A stretch of DNA of 64,000 nucleotides from an uncultured Alphaproteobacteria bacterium (GCA_902595805.1 CACJRM010000002.1:8759-72758); one strand, 5' to 3'; shown: positions 1 to 11,199, numbered from the stretch's first letter. Program-made: numbers and translations. The notes: a model not told the origin generated them from the sequence alone.

Positions 1-52
1 CATACTTAAAAATAATTATAAAATTTTATATAATAATATATAAAATAAATAA

Positions 53-232
53 ATGACTGACTTGCAATGGTATGCTTATTTAGGAGGATTTGTAGCTTTT
101 GCAATTGGATGTTATGTTTATTATCTTTCTAGAAATAAAGAACTAAATGATCAACAGATTAAAAATAGAAAAAGAATTATGAATTTTTTTTTAATTATAG
201 CTTTAGTTTGTGTTGGTTATTCGTGGTTGTAA
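53..232 (+). CDS. small hypothetical membrane protein (59 aa, below ORF-track cutoff)
   Basis: ATG at 53 and TAA at 230-232. Translation MTDLQWYAYLGGFVAFAIGCYVYYL...NFFLIIALVCVGYSWL has two hydrophobic segments. No family recognised. Confidence 0.3.
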   Translation: MTDLQWYAYLGGFVAFAIGCYVYYLSRNKELNDQQIKNRKRIMNFFLIIALVCVGYSWL

Positions 233-248
233 AAATAAGAGATAACTT

Positions 249-1736
249 TTGAAATATTATATTGCAATTGATGCTGGGACTTCAGTAATAAAGACTGTAA
301 TTTTCAATACTAATTTCAAACAAATAAATTCTTATAGTGTAAAAAATCCAGTAGTAACTGACAAATTTGGCAAGTCTGAAATTGAAATGGAAAAATTTTG
401 GTTACTTACCGCAAAATGTATTAAACTTTTAATAAAAAAATCTAAACTTGAGACACAATCAATTGTTGGTTTAGGAATAACTGGAAATATGGTTGGGTTT
501 TGGTCTATAAATAATAAAAATAAACCAGTAAGAAATGCAATTTTGTGGAATGACACAAGAAGTAAAAAAATTTTCACTGATAAAAAAGTATTTGATCAAA
601 TTTATAAAATTACAGGGTCTATTGCACAATATGGCTGCACTATACCTATTTTAAAGTGGATGACTATATTTGAAAAAGAAAATTTAAAGAAAATTAAATA
701 CATTTTAACTTGTAAAGATTGGTTGAGATTTAAATTAACAGGTAATATAAATAATGATGAAACAGAAGTTTCCGTATATCCAGGTGATATAAAAAATAGA
801 AAATTATCAAAAAAAATATTCAAAATATTTAAATTAAACACAAAATATTTTAAACTTTTCCCAGAAATAAAAAAATCAAATGAATTAGGTGGATATGTTA
901 CTAAAAGTTCATCAAAATTAACAAGTTTAAAAGTTGGCACACCTGTTATTATAGGATGTGGAGACGTAATAGCTTCTATATTGGGTGCTGGAGGAATTAA
1001 TCATAACAAAAAAATAAGTATCATCGGAACTACATGTCATAATATTATAGTTAAAAATAATTCAAAAATTTCTAAAGATGGTTCAGGTTTATTTTTTGCT
1101 TCTTTAAATAATACATGGTTGGAAACTAAGATAAACGTCGCAGGAACTACTAATATTGATTGGGTCATTGATAATTTTTACAAAAATTCAAAAAAATATT
1201 CTGATAAGATTAAAATAATTAATAATTTTGAAAAAAAATATTTAACTTTTAATTATCCAGAAAATTCATTGATATTTCTTCCTTATATAAATTATGGAGG
1301 ATCAATATCGCCATTTGTAAATTTAAATTCTAAAGCTGAAATTTTTGGAATTTTACCACATCATAATAATTTTGATATTATGATTGCTTGTTATGAAGGA
1401 TTAGCATTATCAATAAAGGATTGTTATATGAATAAAATTAAATCTAAAGACAGTCTTTATCTTGCAGGAGGTGCATCAAAAAGTAAAATTTTACCTCAAT
1501 TAATTTCAAATGTTTTAAATATTAAAGTTAAAATTTTAACAAATTCAGAACTAGGTGCTCTAGGTATTTCATTCTTAATTGACAGTTACTTGCATAATAA
1601 AGATTTAAAAAAATTAATAAACGATCACAAGAATATTGGTCATATTTACACACCCCAAAGAAAACAATCTAAATATCTTAATAATAAATATCAAAAATAT
1701 AAAAAATTAAGAGAGTCATTGAATAATATTTGGTGA
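249..1736 (+). CDS. FGGY-family carbohydrate kinase (xylulokinase/glycerol kinase-like)
   Basis: TTG start. N-terminal AIDAGTSVIKTVIF phosphate-binding motif, ILWNDTRS, and C-terminal LAGGASKSKIL motif typical of FGGY kinases. Confidence 0.8.
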   Translation: MKYYIAIDAGTSVIKTVIFNTNFKQINSYSVKNPVVTDKFGKSEIEMEKFWLLTAKCIKLLIKKSKLETQSIVGLGITGNMVGFWSINNKNKPVRNAILWNDTRSKKIFTDKKVFDQIYKITGSIAQYGCTIPILKWMTIFEKENLKKIKYILTCKDWLRFKLTGNINNDETEVSVYPGDIKNRKLSKKIFKIFKLNTKYFKLFPEIKKSNELGGYVTKSSSKLTSLKVGTPVIIGCGDVIASILGAGGINHNKKISIIGTTCHNIIVKNNSKISKDGSGLFFASLNNTWLETKINVAGTTNIDWVIDNFYKNSKKYSDKIKIINNFEKKYLTFNYPENSLIFLPYINYGGSISPFVNLNSKAEIFGILPHHNNFDIMIACYEGLALSIKDCYMNKIKSKDSLYLAGGASKSKILPQLISNVLNIKVKILTNSELGALGISFLIDSYLHNKDLKKLINDHKNIGHIYTPQRKQSKYLNNKYQKYKKLRESLNNIW

Positions 1737-1807
1737 AAGATTCAAATTTAGTTGATAATATTAGTATATTGATATTAAAATATTAATCATAAATTAAGTG
1801 AGGAAAA

Positions 1808-3079
1808 ATGAATAAAATATTACTATTTTTTATTACAATTCTACTTTCTTTGAACGCTTATGCTGTAACAAATGTTACTTTTTGGCATATGGAAGGTGTT
1901 CCACATAGAGTAGATAGAATTCAAACATTAATAGATGAATTTAATTCTGCTAATCCAGATATTAATGTAACACAAGAAGTCCAAAACTGGGGTGAAATTT
2001 ACGCGAAAGCACCTGCATCTGTAGCTGCAGGAACTGCTCCAGAAATATTAGTTGGAATTCCAGATTTTACTCCTATTCTTGCTGATATGGGTGCAGCACA
2101 ACCCGTTGAGGATTTTGTTGCTGAGCTAGATTCAAAATATGGTTTTTACCAAAAAGCTCTAGATCAATATACTTACAATGGTCACACTTGGGCTGTTCCT
2201 TTATGGAACATGGGTTTATCACTTTGGTATAGAAAAAGTGATTTTGAAGCCGCTGGAATTGAACCTCCAAAAACATGGTCTGACTTAAAGAAAGCTGCTA
2301 AAGCTCTAACTAAAGATGGAGTTTATGGAATAGGTCTTCCAGGTAACAAGCAACTTTATACTGACCAAACTATCTATAGTTTTATGGTTAACTCAGGTGC
2401 AGAAGAAATTTATAATTCTGATGGCACATTAAGATTTGATAACCCTCAAACTGTAGCAGCTTATGATGTTTATAAAGAGTTATATCAATATTCAGCTCCA
2501 GATGCTGCAAACTGGACTTGGGGAGAGGCAGAAGCTTGTTTTGCAAGTAAAGGTTGTGCAATGATTTTACAGTTTACTGTTATATCTACTTACGATTCAC
2601 AAGCTGGTGGGGATGCGAGTGACTTAGGTGTTATTCAAATACCATATGCAAATGGTAAAGCTCACAGAGCAGGTACTGTTTCATATGTTAACTCTGCAAT
2701 GATAATGACTGCTGATGAAGCAAAGATGGAAGCATCTAAAAAGTTTCTAAGTTTCCTAATGGAACCAGGTAACTACGGCAGATTTATTAATATGGAACCA
2801 GGATTATTTTTACCAATAACTGAAGCTGGAAGTCAAGATTCAACTTATTGGGATGATCCGGTTGTTATAAAATATAAATCACAAGTAGAAACAATGTTAG
2901 ACAATTCAACAAGAGGAAGTCTATTTGGTTTTACGAATGGTAATACTTTTACAAGCATATCATCTATATCAGCTCAGAATTTATTAGCTCAAACTCTTCA
3001 ACTAACTTTAATCGATGGCAAAAGTGCAAAAGATGCAGTTAGTGAAGGTATGGAAATAATGACTGAAGCTATTGAGTAA
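1808..3079 (+). CDS. ABC transporter substrate-binding protein (family 1, carbohydrate-type)
   Basis: Signal peptide MNKILLFFITILLSLNAYA. Size and W/Y-rich sequence fit sugar-binding SBPs. Two MalF/MalG-type permease genes follow directly. Confidence 0.85.
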   Translation: MNKILLFFITILLSLNAYAVTNVTFWHMEGVPHRVDRIQTLIDEFNSANPDINVTQEVQNWGEIYAKAPASVAAGTAPEILVGIPDFTPILADMGAAQPVEDFVAELDSKYGFYQKALDQYTYNGHTWAVPLWNMGLSLWYRKSDFEAAGIEPPKTWSDLKKAAKALTKDGVYGIGLPGNKQLYTDQTIYSFMVNSGAEEIYNSDGTLRFDNPQTVAAYDVYKELYQYSAPDAANWTWGEAEACFASKGCAMILQFTVISTYDSQAGGDASDLGVIQIPYANGKAHRAGTVSYVNSAMIMTADEAKMEASKKFLSFLMEPGNYGRFINMEPGLFLPITEAGSQDSTYWDDPVVIKYKSQVETMLDNSTRGSLFGFTNGNTFTSISSISAQNLLAQTLQLTLIDGKSAKDAVSEGMEIMTEAIE

Positions 3080-3091
3080 TTAAAAACTTTT

Positions 3092-3114
3092 CAGCACCTC
3101 TAATAGAGGTGCTG
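3092..3114 (+). terminator. intercistronic hairpin (attenuator/terminator) between SBP and permease genes
   Basis: Perfect 9-bp stem CAGCACCTC / GAGGTGCTG with a 5-nt loop, GC-rich against the AT-rich background. Such hairpins are common after SBP genes, where they raise SBP:permease ratios. Confidence 0.4.
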
Positions 3115-3995
3115 TGATTTCTGTGAAAAAAAATAATATAGAAGGCTGGCTGTTTGTATCTCCATTATTTATTTGGATTTCCCTTATTATTTTAGTTCCA
3201 ATTTACATAGCATTTGAATTAAGTTTATTTAATGTCAAGATAATTGGTACATCAGGAAAATTTGTAGGTATTGATAACTATGTAAAACTATTTGGTAAAT
3301 CTAAATTTTTAAATGCTTCATTAAATAGTTTCTATTGGATAATTGGTAATGCAATCTGTCAGACATTTTTTGCATTCACTATTGCCTTAACTATTAACTA
3401 TAAATTCCCTGGTAAAAAAATTATGGCTAATTGGATTATTTTGTCATTTATTATTCCAACAGTAGTAGTCGTTGTTATTTGGAAATTAATGTTAAGTAGT
3501 AGTAGTGGTGTAATAAATTCAGTTTTAATTGATATTGGATTATTAGATGAAGCAACGGGTTTCTTTAGTTCTCCTAATAAAGCTTTTATAAGTTTAGTTC
3601 TAATAAACTCATGGCGTTGGAGTCCTTTTTTAGCATTAATTATTCTTTCTGGACTTAATTCTATAAATAGGGAAATGTATGATGCATCAAAAGTTGATGG
3701 AGCGAATTTTGTTCAACAATTTCTTTTTATTACTTTTCCAAACCTTAAAAGTGTTCTTTTTGTATTAGGTCTAGTTGGTACATTATTATCATTTAATATA
3801 TTTGACATTATATGGTTAATCACAAAGGGTGGACCCTCGAGCGCTACAACTACCTTACCATTATTAATTTATGAAACAGCTTTTACTAAATTTAGAATTA
3901 GTCAAGCTGCAACCCTATCAATAGTTACTAGCTTTTTGTTATTACTATTCTCAATAATATTTATCAAAACCATGGCGCCAAAAGAAGATGATTAA
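3114..3995 (+). CDS. ABC transporter permease (MalF/UgpA-like)
   Basis: Six hydrophobic segments. EAA-type loop region NREMYDASKVDGANFVQQFLFITFP. Start is GTG at 3114 or 3123. Confidence 0.85.
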   Translation: MISVKKNNIEGWLFVSPLFIWISLIILVPIYIAFELSLFNVKIIGTSGKFVGIDNYVKLFGKSKFLNASLNSFYWIIGNAICQTFFAFTIALTINYKFPGKKIMANWIILSFIIPTVVVVVIWKLMLSSSSGVINSVLIDIGLLDEATGFFSSPNKAFISLVLINSWRWSPFLALIILSGLNSINREMYDASKVDGANFVQQFLFITFPNLKSVLFVLGLVGTLLSFNIFDIIWLITKGGPSSATTTLPLLIYETAFTKFRISQAATLSIVTSFLLLLFSIIFIKTMAPKEDD

Positions 3996-4818
3996 AGAAA
4001 ATAATATCAAACTTATATTTTTAAGCTTATCTTTATTATTAATAATACTTATTTTTTTCTTTCCTTTTTTTTGGATAATCACATCTTCTTTTAAAAGCCC
4101 TGAAGAAATTATTGCTACATCTACAACTATTATTCCAAGATCTTTTACTTTAGATCATTATAATAAAATATTATTTAACTCAGATTTTTTTATATATTTA
4201 AAAAATAGTTTAATAGTTTCATTTTCTTCTATGATAATTTCCATCATTTTATCTGTATCGGCAGCTTATGGCTTACATAAACTTAAATTTTATGGAAATA
4301 AATTTGTAGAATACTCGCTTCTAGTTACTTATGCTTTTCCGGGAGTAATTCTATTAGTACCTATTTATTTATTGTTTGCAAAAGTAAATCTACTTAACAG
4401 TTATTTTGCTTTGATTGTTGTTAATGTTTTATTTGCCACTCCATTTGCAGTTTGGATGTTAAAAGCTTTTTTTAAGTTAATTCCAAATGAGATAGAGGAA
4501 GCGGCATATATTGATGGAGCATCAAGATATATTGTAATATCAAAAATTATCGTTCCATTAGCTGCTCCAGGTATAGCAAGTGTATCAATTTTTTGTTTTA
4601 TAATATCTTGGACAGAGTATCTATTTGCATCAATATTAATTAGCGGTGATGATTTAAAAACTTTGCCAGTAGGTTTAGCCGGAATTGTTGGTCAATATCA
4701 AATAGATTGGGGATTTTTATTATCTGGAGCTGTTTTAGCGAGCTTACCAGTGATTGCATTATTTGTATTTATTGGTAAATATTTTGTTTCAGGTTTAACT
4801 GAAGGAGCTATTAAATAA
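3988..4818 (+). CDS. ABC transporter permease (MalG/UgpE-like)
   Basis: EAA loop IEEAAYIDGASRYIVISKIIVPLAAPG. Overlaps the upstream permease gene by 8 nt. Confidence 0.85.
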   Translation: MIKENNIKLIFLSLSLLLIILIFFFPFFWIITSSFKSPEEIIATSTTIIPRSFTLDHYNKILFNSDFFIYLKNSLIVSFSSMIISIILSVSAAYGLHKLKFYGNKFVEYSLLVTYAFPGVILLVPIYLLFAKVNLLNSYFALIVVNVLFATPFAVWMLKAFFKLIPNEIEEAAYIDGASRYIVISKIIVPLAAPGIASVSIFCFIISWTEYLFASILISGDDLKTLPVGLAGIVGQYQIDWGFLLSGAVLASLPVIALFVFIGKYFVSGLTEGAIK

Positions 4819-4844
4819 TTATTATAATTTTAAGGAGGTAACAC

Positions 4845-5129
4845 ATGACTGTAGCAAGAGTCACTACTATTAATTTTAAAAATAAAGAAGATGCGGATAA
4901 ATCAATTGCAGATTATTCGGAAAAAGCACCAAGTGAATTTCCAGAAGCTGAACAATTATTACAAATTCGTGCAAGTGATACAACTGTAATGGCAGTCTCT
5001 TTATACGCTGATAGCAGTGCTATGGAACGAGCTAGTGCAGCTAGAACAAAGAGAATGAGTAATAATGAAAATACTTTCGATGTTGTTGATACTAAAACAG
5101 GTGAAGTAACTTTAAATCATAAAAATTAA
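4845..5129 (+). CDS. hypothetical small protein (possibly ABM/Dabb-like fold)
   Basis: AAGGAGG RBS lies just upstream. 94 aa with no diagnostic motif. Confidence 0.5.
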   Translation: MTVARVTTINFKNKEDADKSIADYSEKAPSEFPEAEQLLQIRASDTTVMAVSLYADSSAMERASAARTKRMSNNENTFDVVDTKTGEVTLNHKN

Positions 5130-5205
5130 ATTTTGAGTAAACAGCATATGTGTACTCTTTAATAACTTAAAAATTTTAAGTAACAATTGGTAGTATGATT
5201 TTACA

Positions 5206-5886
5206 GTGATAAAAAATATTATTTATATTTTTACACTTAAAAAAGTTCCAAAATTAGTATGGAGTTCTTCATATGAGTATAATTTAAAACCAAAAAAAAT
5301 TACATTATTTTATTTAGTTTTAGGATTAATTTTATTTGGTATAGGTGAAGGTTTATTAATTACTGCAAATATAGGTGTTTCACCTTGGTTTGTACTTCAC
5401 CAAGGTTTAGCATTTAAAACAGGGTACACAATTGGTTTAACTACTTTTATAGTAAGTATAATTGTTCTTTTGCTATGGTTACCTCTTAAAGAGAAACCGG
5501 GGTTAGGCACAATACTAAATGCAATTTTAATTTCAGTAGTAATAGATGTTTCCTTATTAATTTTACCTTACCCTGAACACTTCTTATTTCAATTAATTCA
5601 AGTTATAATTGGCATTTTAATTATTGGTATTGGCAGTGGTTATTACTTATGTAGTTTTCTTGGTGCTGGCCCTAGAGATGGCTTAAACCTTGCAATAAGT
5701 CGACACACCAACAAATCTATAGCTTTAGTTAGGACTATTCTTGAAGTAAGCGCTGTTGTAATCGGATTTTTTTTGGGAGGTATAGTTGGAATTGGAACAT
5801 TAATATATGCAATAGGAATAGGTTACTCGGTTTCCTTTGGGTTATTTTTTGTTGGAAAAATTTATAAAAAAATTGAGTCAAACTAA
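5206..5886 (+). CDS. integral membrane protein (YczE-like)
   Basis: GTG start. About six TM segments. GIGEGLLITANIGVSPW motif resembles YczE-type membrane proteins. Confidence 0.55.
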   Translation: MIKNIIYIFTLKKVPKLVWSSSYEYNLKPKKITLFYLVLGLILFGIGEGLLITANIGVSPWFVLHQGLAFKTGYTIGLTTFIVSIIVLLLWLPLKEKPGLGTILNAILISVVIDVSLLILPYPEHFLFQLIQVIIGILIIGIGSGYYLCSFLGAGPRDGLNLAISRHTNKSIALVRTILEVSAVVIGFFLGGIVGIGTLIYAIGIGYSVSFGLFFVGKIYKKIESN

Positions 5887-5970
5887 AATTTATTAATAAT
5901 TTTTGACCTTATATTGTTCATTATTTTATTTCCATAAATTCTGTTTCAATTATAAATTAATTTATAAATT

Positions 5971-6765
5971 ATGGATAAAGTTTTACAAAGATCTAATGGA
6001 AAAATAGATATTGAATTAATTGAAAATAATTTTAAAAAATATTTTCAAAGTGGTTGCTGTAAAATACTAAATCCTAATAGTTATAATGGTAATAATGAAT
6101 TAGTATTAATAAATACAGCTGGCGGTATTACTTGTAACGATCAAATAGAAATAAATACTTTTATTAAAAATTCAGAACTGATTATTTGTACTCAAGCTGC
6201 AGAAAAAATATATGCAGGTATTGGTGATCCTGCAAAAATCAATATTAATATTACTGTAAAAAATTCCAATCTTTTTTGGCTTCCAAAAGAATTAATTTTA
6301 TTTGATAATTCTAAACTTATTAGAAACATAAATATTAATCTTTTAGATAATTCTAATTTAATTTTTTGTGAAAGTACTATTTTTGGTAGAAAAGCAATGT
6401 CAGAGAAAATTCAGAATATATCATTTGCAGATCAATGGAAAATTAAAGTAAATTCATTATTAAAGCATTTTGAGGCGATAAACATAAACGGATCAATGAT
6501 TGATAATTATAAAAATTCTTATACCTTTAATAATCAATCGTCATTATCAACTATTTTAATTTTTGGAAAAATAATTAATCAATTAGAGGCAGAATTAAAA
6601 AAAATAATGAAAAATATAGAGAAACATTATTGTGAAATGACAAAATTTGATGAAAAAATTATCATTAGAAGTTTAGCTGAAGATAATTATGATTTAAAAA
6701 AAACAATAAATTATATTTTGAAAAATATAATTCATGATAAACTCCCCAAGAATTGGGATTTATAA
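5971..6765 (+). CDS. ureD: urease accessory protein UreD
   Basis: Sits immediately upstream of ureA. Size and sequence pattern (LINTAGGITCND) fit UreD/UreH. Confidence 0.75.
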   Translation: MDKVLQRSNGKIDIELIENNFKKYFQSGCCKILNPNSYNGNNELVLINTAGGITCNDQIEINTFIKNSELIICTQAAEKIYAGIGDPAKININITVKNSNLFWLPKELILFDNSKLIRNININLLDNSNLIFCESTIFGRKAMSEKIQNISFADQWKIKVNSLLKHFEAININGSMIDNYKNSYTFNNQSSLSTILIFGKIINQLEAELKKIMKNIEKHYCEMTKFDEKIIIRSLAEDNYDLKKTINYILKNIIHDKLPKNWDL

Positions 6766-7068
6766 ATGAAGCTTACACCTAGAGAAAAAGATAAACTAAT
6801 GATTAGTGTGGCAGCTAATGTTGCACGTAAACGTTTAGAAAGAGGAGTTAAGCTTAATTATCCTGAAGCTATAGCATTGATAAGTGATTTTGTTCTTGAA
6901 GGGGCAAGAGATGGAAAAACAGTAGCAGAACTAATGGAATCTGGAGCTCATGTTGTAACAAAAAAAATGTGTATGGAGGGTGTAACAGATATGATTCCAG
7001 AAGTGCAAGTTGAAGCAACATTTCCTGATGGAACAAAGTTAGTAACAGTCAATAAACCAATAAGATAA
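6766..7068 (+). CDS. ureA: urease subunit gamma
   Basis: [39 protein letters not shown] is a canonical UreA N-terminus. Confidence 0.95.
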   Translation: MKLTPREKDKLMISVAANVARKRLERGVKLNYPEAIALISDFVLEGARDGKTVAELMESGAHVVTKKMCMEGVTDMIPEVQVEATFPDGTKLVTVNKPIR

Positions 7069-7376
7069 TGAAACCAGGAGAAATTATAACAAAACCTAAT
7101 AGCGATATTATTTTAAACGAAGATCGCAAATCAATTACTTTAAAAGTATCAAATACTGGTGACCGTCCCATTCAAATTGGAAGTCATTATCATTTTGCAG
7201 AAACAAATGAATATTTAAAATTTGATAGAGAAAAATCGTATGGCATGCGACTAGACATACCTTCTGGTTCAGCTGTTAGATTTGAACCTGGTCAAACAAA
7301 AGATGTTGAATTAATTCCAGTAGTGGGAAATAGAAAAATATATGGTTTTAATAAAAAAGTTATGGGTGAATTATAA
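7068..7376 (+). CDS. ureB: urease subunit beta
   Basis: MKPGEII...[19 protein letters not shown] is a canonical UreB motif. TAATG overlap with ureA. Confidence 0.95.
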   Translation: MKPGEIITKPNSDIILNEDRKSITLKVSNTGDRPIQIGSHYHFAETNEYLKFDREKSYGMRLDIPSGSAVRFEPGQTKDVELIPVVGNRKIYGFNKKVMGEL

Positions 7377-9082
7377 TGAAAAAAATAAATAGAGATGCTT
7401 ATTCAGATATGTATGGACCTACTACTGGTGATAAAATTAGACTTGCTGATACTGAACTTTTCATTGAGATAGAAAAAGATTATACAATTTATGGAGAAGA
7501 AGTAAAATTTGGTGGAGGTAAAACTATTCGAGATGGCATGGGACAATCTCAGGTTTCTCGAAGCGAAGGTGCTGTAGATACCGTTATTACAAATTGTGTT
7601 ATTGTAGATGTTCATGGTATTTATAAAGCTGATATCGGTATAAAAGATGGTTTAATTAATAATATTGGTAAAGCCGGTAATCCAGATGTACAACCTGCAG
7701 TTAATATTATTATAGGCCCTGGAACTGATATAATTGCAGGAGAAGGAAAAATTGTAACTGCAGGAGGTTTTGATAGCCATATTCATTTTATTTGTCCTCA
7801 GCAGATTGAAGAATCTTTACATTCTGGAATAACAACCATGTTAGGAGGTGGGACTGGACCTTCGACAGGAACACTTGCAACAACCGTTTCTCCTGGTGCT
7901 TTTCATATAGAAAGAATGTTACAGTCTAGTGATGCATTTTCAATGAATTTAGCTTTTGCTGGTAAAGGAAACACTTCTTTGCCTCTAGGAATTGAGGAGC
8001 AAATTATTGCGGGAGCATGTTCATTAAAACTTCATGAAGATTGGGGAACAACACCAGCAACTATCGATAATTGTCTTTCTGTTGCTGATAAACATGATGT
8101 GCAAGTTCTTATCCATACCGATACCCTCAATGAAAGTGGTTTTGTTGAAGCTACATTAAAAGCTATTAATGGAAGAACAATACACTTTTTTCATACGGAA
8201 GGTGCGGGTGGGGGGCATAGTCCCGACATTATAAAAGCATGTGGTGAAGAAAATGTAATACCATCTTCAACAAACCCAACAATGCCTTATACTGTTAATA
8301 CTGTTCAAGAGCACTTTAAAATGTTGCTAATTTGTCACCATCTTAATGAATCAATACCGGAAGATGTAGCATTTGCAGAAAGTAGAATTAGAAAAGAAAC
8401 AATTGCAGCAGAGGATATTCTTCATGACATGGGAGCATTTTCAATTATCGCTTCAGACTCACAAGCAATGGGAAGATGTGCAGAGGTCGTGTGTCGTGTT
8501 TGGCAAACCGCACATAAAATGAAAGTTCAACGTGGAAGACTCAAAGAAGAAACTGGTGATAATGATAATTATAGAGTTAAAAGATATATTGCTAAGTATA
8601 CAATTAACCCTGCTATCGCTCATGGTATGTCAGAAAGTATTGGTAGTATAGAAAAAAATAAAAGAGCAGACTTAGTTTTATGGGATCCTGCTTTCTTTGG
8701 TGTCAAAATAGATTTATCAATAATAGGAGGAAGTATAGCAGCATCACAAATGGGGGATCCAAACGCAAGTATTTCCACACCTCAACCAGTTTACACAAGG
8801 CCAATGTTTTCATCATTTGGAAAATCATTAGAAAAATCCTCAGTTACGTTTGTTAGTAAACTTTCTTTAGAAAAAGATACTTTTAAAAATTCTGGAATTA
8901 ATAAAACATTAATACCAGTAAAAAATGTAAGAAATATTTCTAAAAAAGACATGGTATTAAATGATTACTGTCCAAAGATTGAGGTTAATCCAGAAACTTA
9001 TGAAGTTAAAGTTGATGGAGAATTAATTACTTGTGAACCTGCTGAAACATTACCTTTAGCTCAACGTTATTTTTTATACTAA
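7376..9082 (+). CDS. ureC: urease subunit alpha
   Basis: Active-site motifs are present: [15 protein letters not shown] (carbamylated Lys), [33 protein letters not shown]. Confidence 0.97.
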   Translation: MKKINRDAYSDMYGPTTGDKIRLADTELFIEIEKDYTIYGEEVKFGGGKTIRDGMGQSQVSRSEGAVDTVITNCVIVDVHGIYKADIGIKDGLINNIGKAGNPDVQPAVNIIIGPGTDIIAGEGKIVTAGGFDSHIHFICPQQIEESLHSGITTMLGGGTGPSTGTLATTVSPGAFHIERMLQSSDAFSMNLAFAGKGNTSLPLGIEEQIIAGACSLKLHEDWGTTPATIDNCLSVADKHDVQVLIHTDTLNESGFVEATLKAINGRTIHFFHTEGAGGGHSPDIIKACGEENVIPSSTNPTMPYTVNTVQEHFKMLLICHHLNESIPEDVAFAESRIRKETIAAEDILHDMGAFSIIASDSQAMGRCAEVVCRVWQTAHKMKVQRGRLKEETGDNDNYRVKRYIAKYTINPAIAHGMSESIGSIEKNKRADLVLWDPAFFGVKIDLSIIGGSIAASQMGDPNASISTPQPVYTRPMFSSFGKSLEKSSVTFVSKLSLEKDTFKNSGINKTLIPVKNVRNISKKDMVLNDYCPKIEVNPETYEVKVDGELITCEPAETLPLAQRYFLY

Positions 9083-9083
9083 A

Positions 9084-9530
9084 ATGCAGACATCCTTTAA
9101 TATAATCTCACACAATGAAAAAAATCAAGAAATAACTGATCAAATTTCATTAACTTATGAAGAGAGATTTATTCGAAGAAAAAAATTAATTACAGATAAA
9201 GGAGTTGAATTTTTAGTAAATTTAAAAGAAGCCAAGAACATTGATGAAAATCAATTTTTTGAATTAGATAATGGTAAATTAATAAAAATTGTATCAAAAA
9301 AAGAAAATTTAATTGAAATTACAGGAGATAATATTAACAAAATTATTTGGCATCTTGGAAATCGCCATGTTCAGGTTGAAATTAAAAATAATAAGGTTTT
9401 AATTGAAGATGATCCAATAATTTTAGATATGATATTAAAACTTAATGGAAATGTAAAAAAAGTATTTGAAAAATTTAACCCTGAAGGTGGGGCATATGGT
9501 TTAGGTCGCCCTCATAGTCACAAACACTAA
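9084..9530 (+). CDS. ureE: urease accessory protein UreE
   Basis: Position in operon. IIWHLGNRHVQVEI motif and a short His-rich tail PHSHKH. Confidence 0.8.
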   Translation: MQTSFNIISHNEKNQEITDQISLTYEERFIRRKKLITDKGVEFLVNLKEAKNIDENQFFELDNGKLIKIVSKKENLIEITGDNINKIIWHLGNRHVQVEIKNNKVLIEDDPIILDMILKLNGNVKKVFEKFNPEGGAYGLGRPHSHKH

Positions 9531-9531
9531 C

Positions 9532-10167
9532 ATGAATACATCAAAAGATCCTTTGCAAATATTACAGATTTGGTTTTCCTCTTCATTTCCTATAGGTTCT
9601 TATGCTTATTCTCATGGACTAGAAGCTCTAATTGATGAGAAAAAAATTACAAATAAAAATGATGTTGAAGAATATTTAAGAGCACTACTTTTTTATGGCT
9701 CACTTAGAAATGATTATATATTTTTGAAATCAATATATGAGGGTAAAGAAATAAATAATTTAATTGTATCCAGCGCATCATCTAAGGAAAGATATAAAGA
9801 AATAATCGATATGGGTAATTCATTTAGCAGGATAATGAGAGAAAGTTGGGATATTGATTTAAAAGAAAATCAATCATATACTTATTGTGTCGCTAAATCT
9901 GCTATACATTATAATATTAAATTTAAAGATTTAATTAAATTTTATCTGCAGTCATATATTTCAAATCTAATAAATGTATGTGTTAAACATATTCCTATGT
10001 CATATATAGATGGTCAATCAATAAATTTTATATTTATTGACGAAATTAATAAATTTTTGGAAGTATCTAAAAATTTAACTCTAAAAGATATTGGAACTAC
10101 TTTTTTTGTTGGAGATATGTATGCAATTAAACATGAAAATTTATATTCAAGGACTTACATAACATGA
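9532..10167 (+). CDS. ureF: urease accessory protein UreF
   Basis: Position in operon. FPIGSYAYSHGLE motif typical of UreF. Confidence 0.8.
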   Translation: MNTSKDPLQILQIWFSSSFPIGSYAYSHGLEALIDEKKITNKNDVEEYLRALLFYGSLRNDYIFLKSIYEGKEINNLIVSSASSKERYKEIIDMGNSFSRIMRESWDIDLKENQSYTYCVAKSAIHYNIKFKDLIKFYLQSYISNLINVCVKHIPMSYIDGQSINFIFIDEINKFLEVSKNLTLKDIGTTFFVGDMYAIKHENLYSRTYIT

Positions 10168-10775
10168 AAAATATAAATGGACCTTTAAAAATAGGTATTG
10201 GCGGTGGAATTGGAACAGGAAAAACAAGTTTAACAGAAGCAATAGCAAAAAATATTTCTAAAAAAATTTCTATGGCAGTAATATCAAACGATATTTATAC
10301 AACTGAAGATGCAGAGTATTTGATGAAAGCACAAGTTTTACCAATTGATCGCATTAAAGGAGTAGAAACTGGAGGGTGCCCCCATACAGCTGTGAGGGAT
10401 GAGCCCAGTATAAATTTATTAGCAGTAGAAGAAATGAAAAAAAAATTTCCAGACTTAGAATTATTATTATTAGAAAGTGGAGGAGATAATCTTGCTGCTA
10501 CTTTTAGTCCTGAGTTAGTAGATATGTCGATATACATGTTTGATGTTTGTATGGGGCAAGACATACCAAGAAAAAAATCTCCTGCTATAATAAAATCGGA
10601 TTTACTTGTAATAAATAAGATTGATCTTGCGCCATATGTAGATGTTGACTTAGATCAAATGAAAAAAGATGTAGAAGAAGCCAGAAATGGACTGCCATAT
10701 GTTTTTTGCGATATGAAAAAAAATATTGGAATTGATAAAATTACTGACTTCTTAATTTCTAATGGTGGTCTATAA
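10164..10775 (+). CDS. ureG: urease accessory GTPase UreG
   Basis: P-loop GGGIGTGKTSL, ETGGCPHTA metal-binding motif, ESGGDNL and NKIDL GTPase motifs. Confidence 0.95.
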   Translation: MKNINGPLKIGIGGGIGTGKTSLTEAIAKNISKKISMAVISNDIYTTEDAEYLMKAQVLPIDRIKGVETGGCPHTAVRDEPSINLLAVEEMKKKFPDLELLLLESGGDNLAATFSPELVDMSIYMFDVCMGQDIPRKKSPAIIKSDLLVINKIDLAPYVDVDLDQMKKDVEEARNGLPYVFCDMKKNIGIDKITDFLISNGGL

Positions 10776-11033
10776 TTATTCAACTTTTTGTAAAGAATAG
10801 ACCGTATCAGTACTATTAAATTTCGAATCAAATTCTTTTGATTTTGGATCATCAAATAAAGCATAAAATTTTTCTTCATCTGTAACATTACACATAATCA
10901 TCACATGACCATCTTTGACAAAAGCCATATCAAATGCATCTGTGTATTTAGCGATGTCATCTTTAAAAAAATTATATAATTCCATGTAATCTTCTTTCGT
11001 AAAAGATCCTTTGGATACAACACATAAATTCAT
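10776..11033 (-). CDS. hypothetical small protein (85 aa)
   Basis: ORF convergent on ureG (abutting the ureG stop), with a GGAG-type RBS upstream of its start. No family recognised. Confidence 0.5.
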   Translation of the reverse strand: MNLCVVSKGSFTKEDYMELYNFFKDDIAKYTDAFDMAFVKDGHVMIMCNVTDEEKFYALFDDPKSKEFDSKFNSTDTVYSLQKVE

Positions 11034-11045
11034 AATTATCTCCTA

Positions 11046-11085
11046 AAAAAAAATATCCTCAGCATTTTTCTTAATGTGAGGATAA
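11046..11085 (-). terminator. rho-independent terminator candidate (minus strand)
   Basis: Stem TATCCTCA / TGAGGATA (11055-11062 and 11078-11085). On the minus strand a run of 9 T follows (A-run 11046-11054 on plus). Lies downstream of the 11200-11604 gene. The 15-nt loop is rather large. Confidence 0.4.
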
Positions 11086-11199
11086 TTTATACGTATCTCA
11101 TTTTAGCTGCTTGTAAACCGCAATAGAGTCAAATCGTTTATTTTTATTAAATAATATTTAATTATTAAAATTCAATTACAATTAGAGAATTAATAGTTA

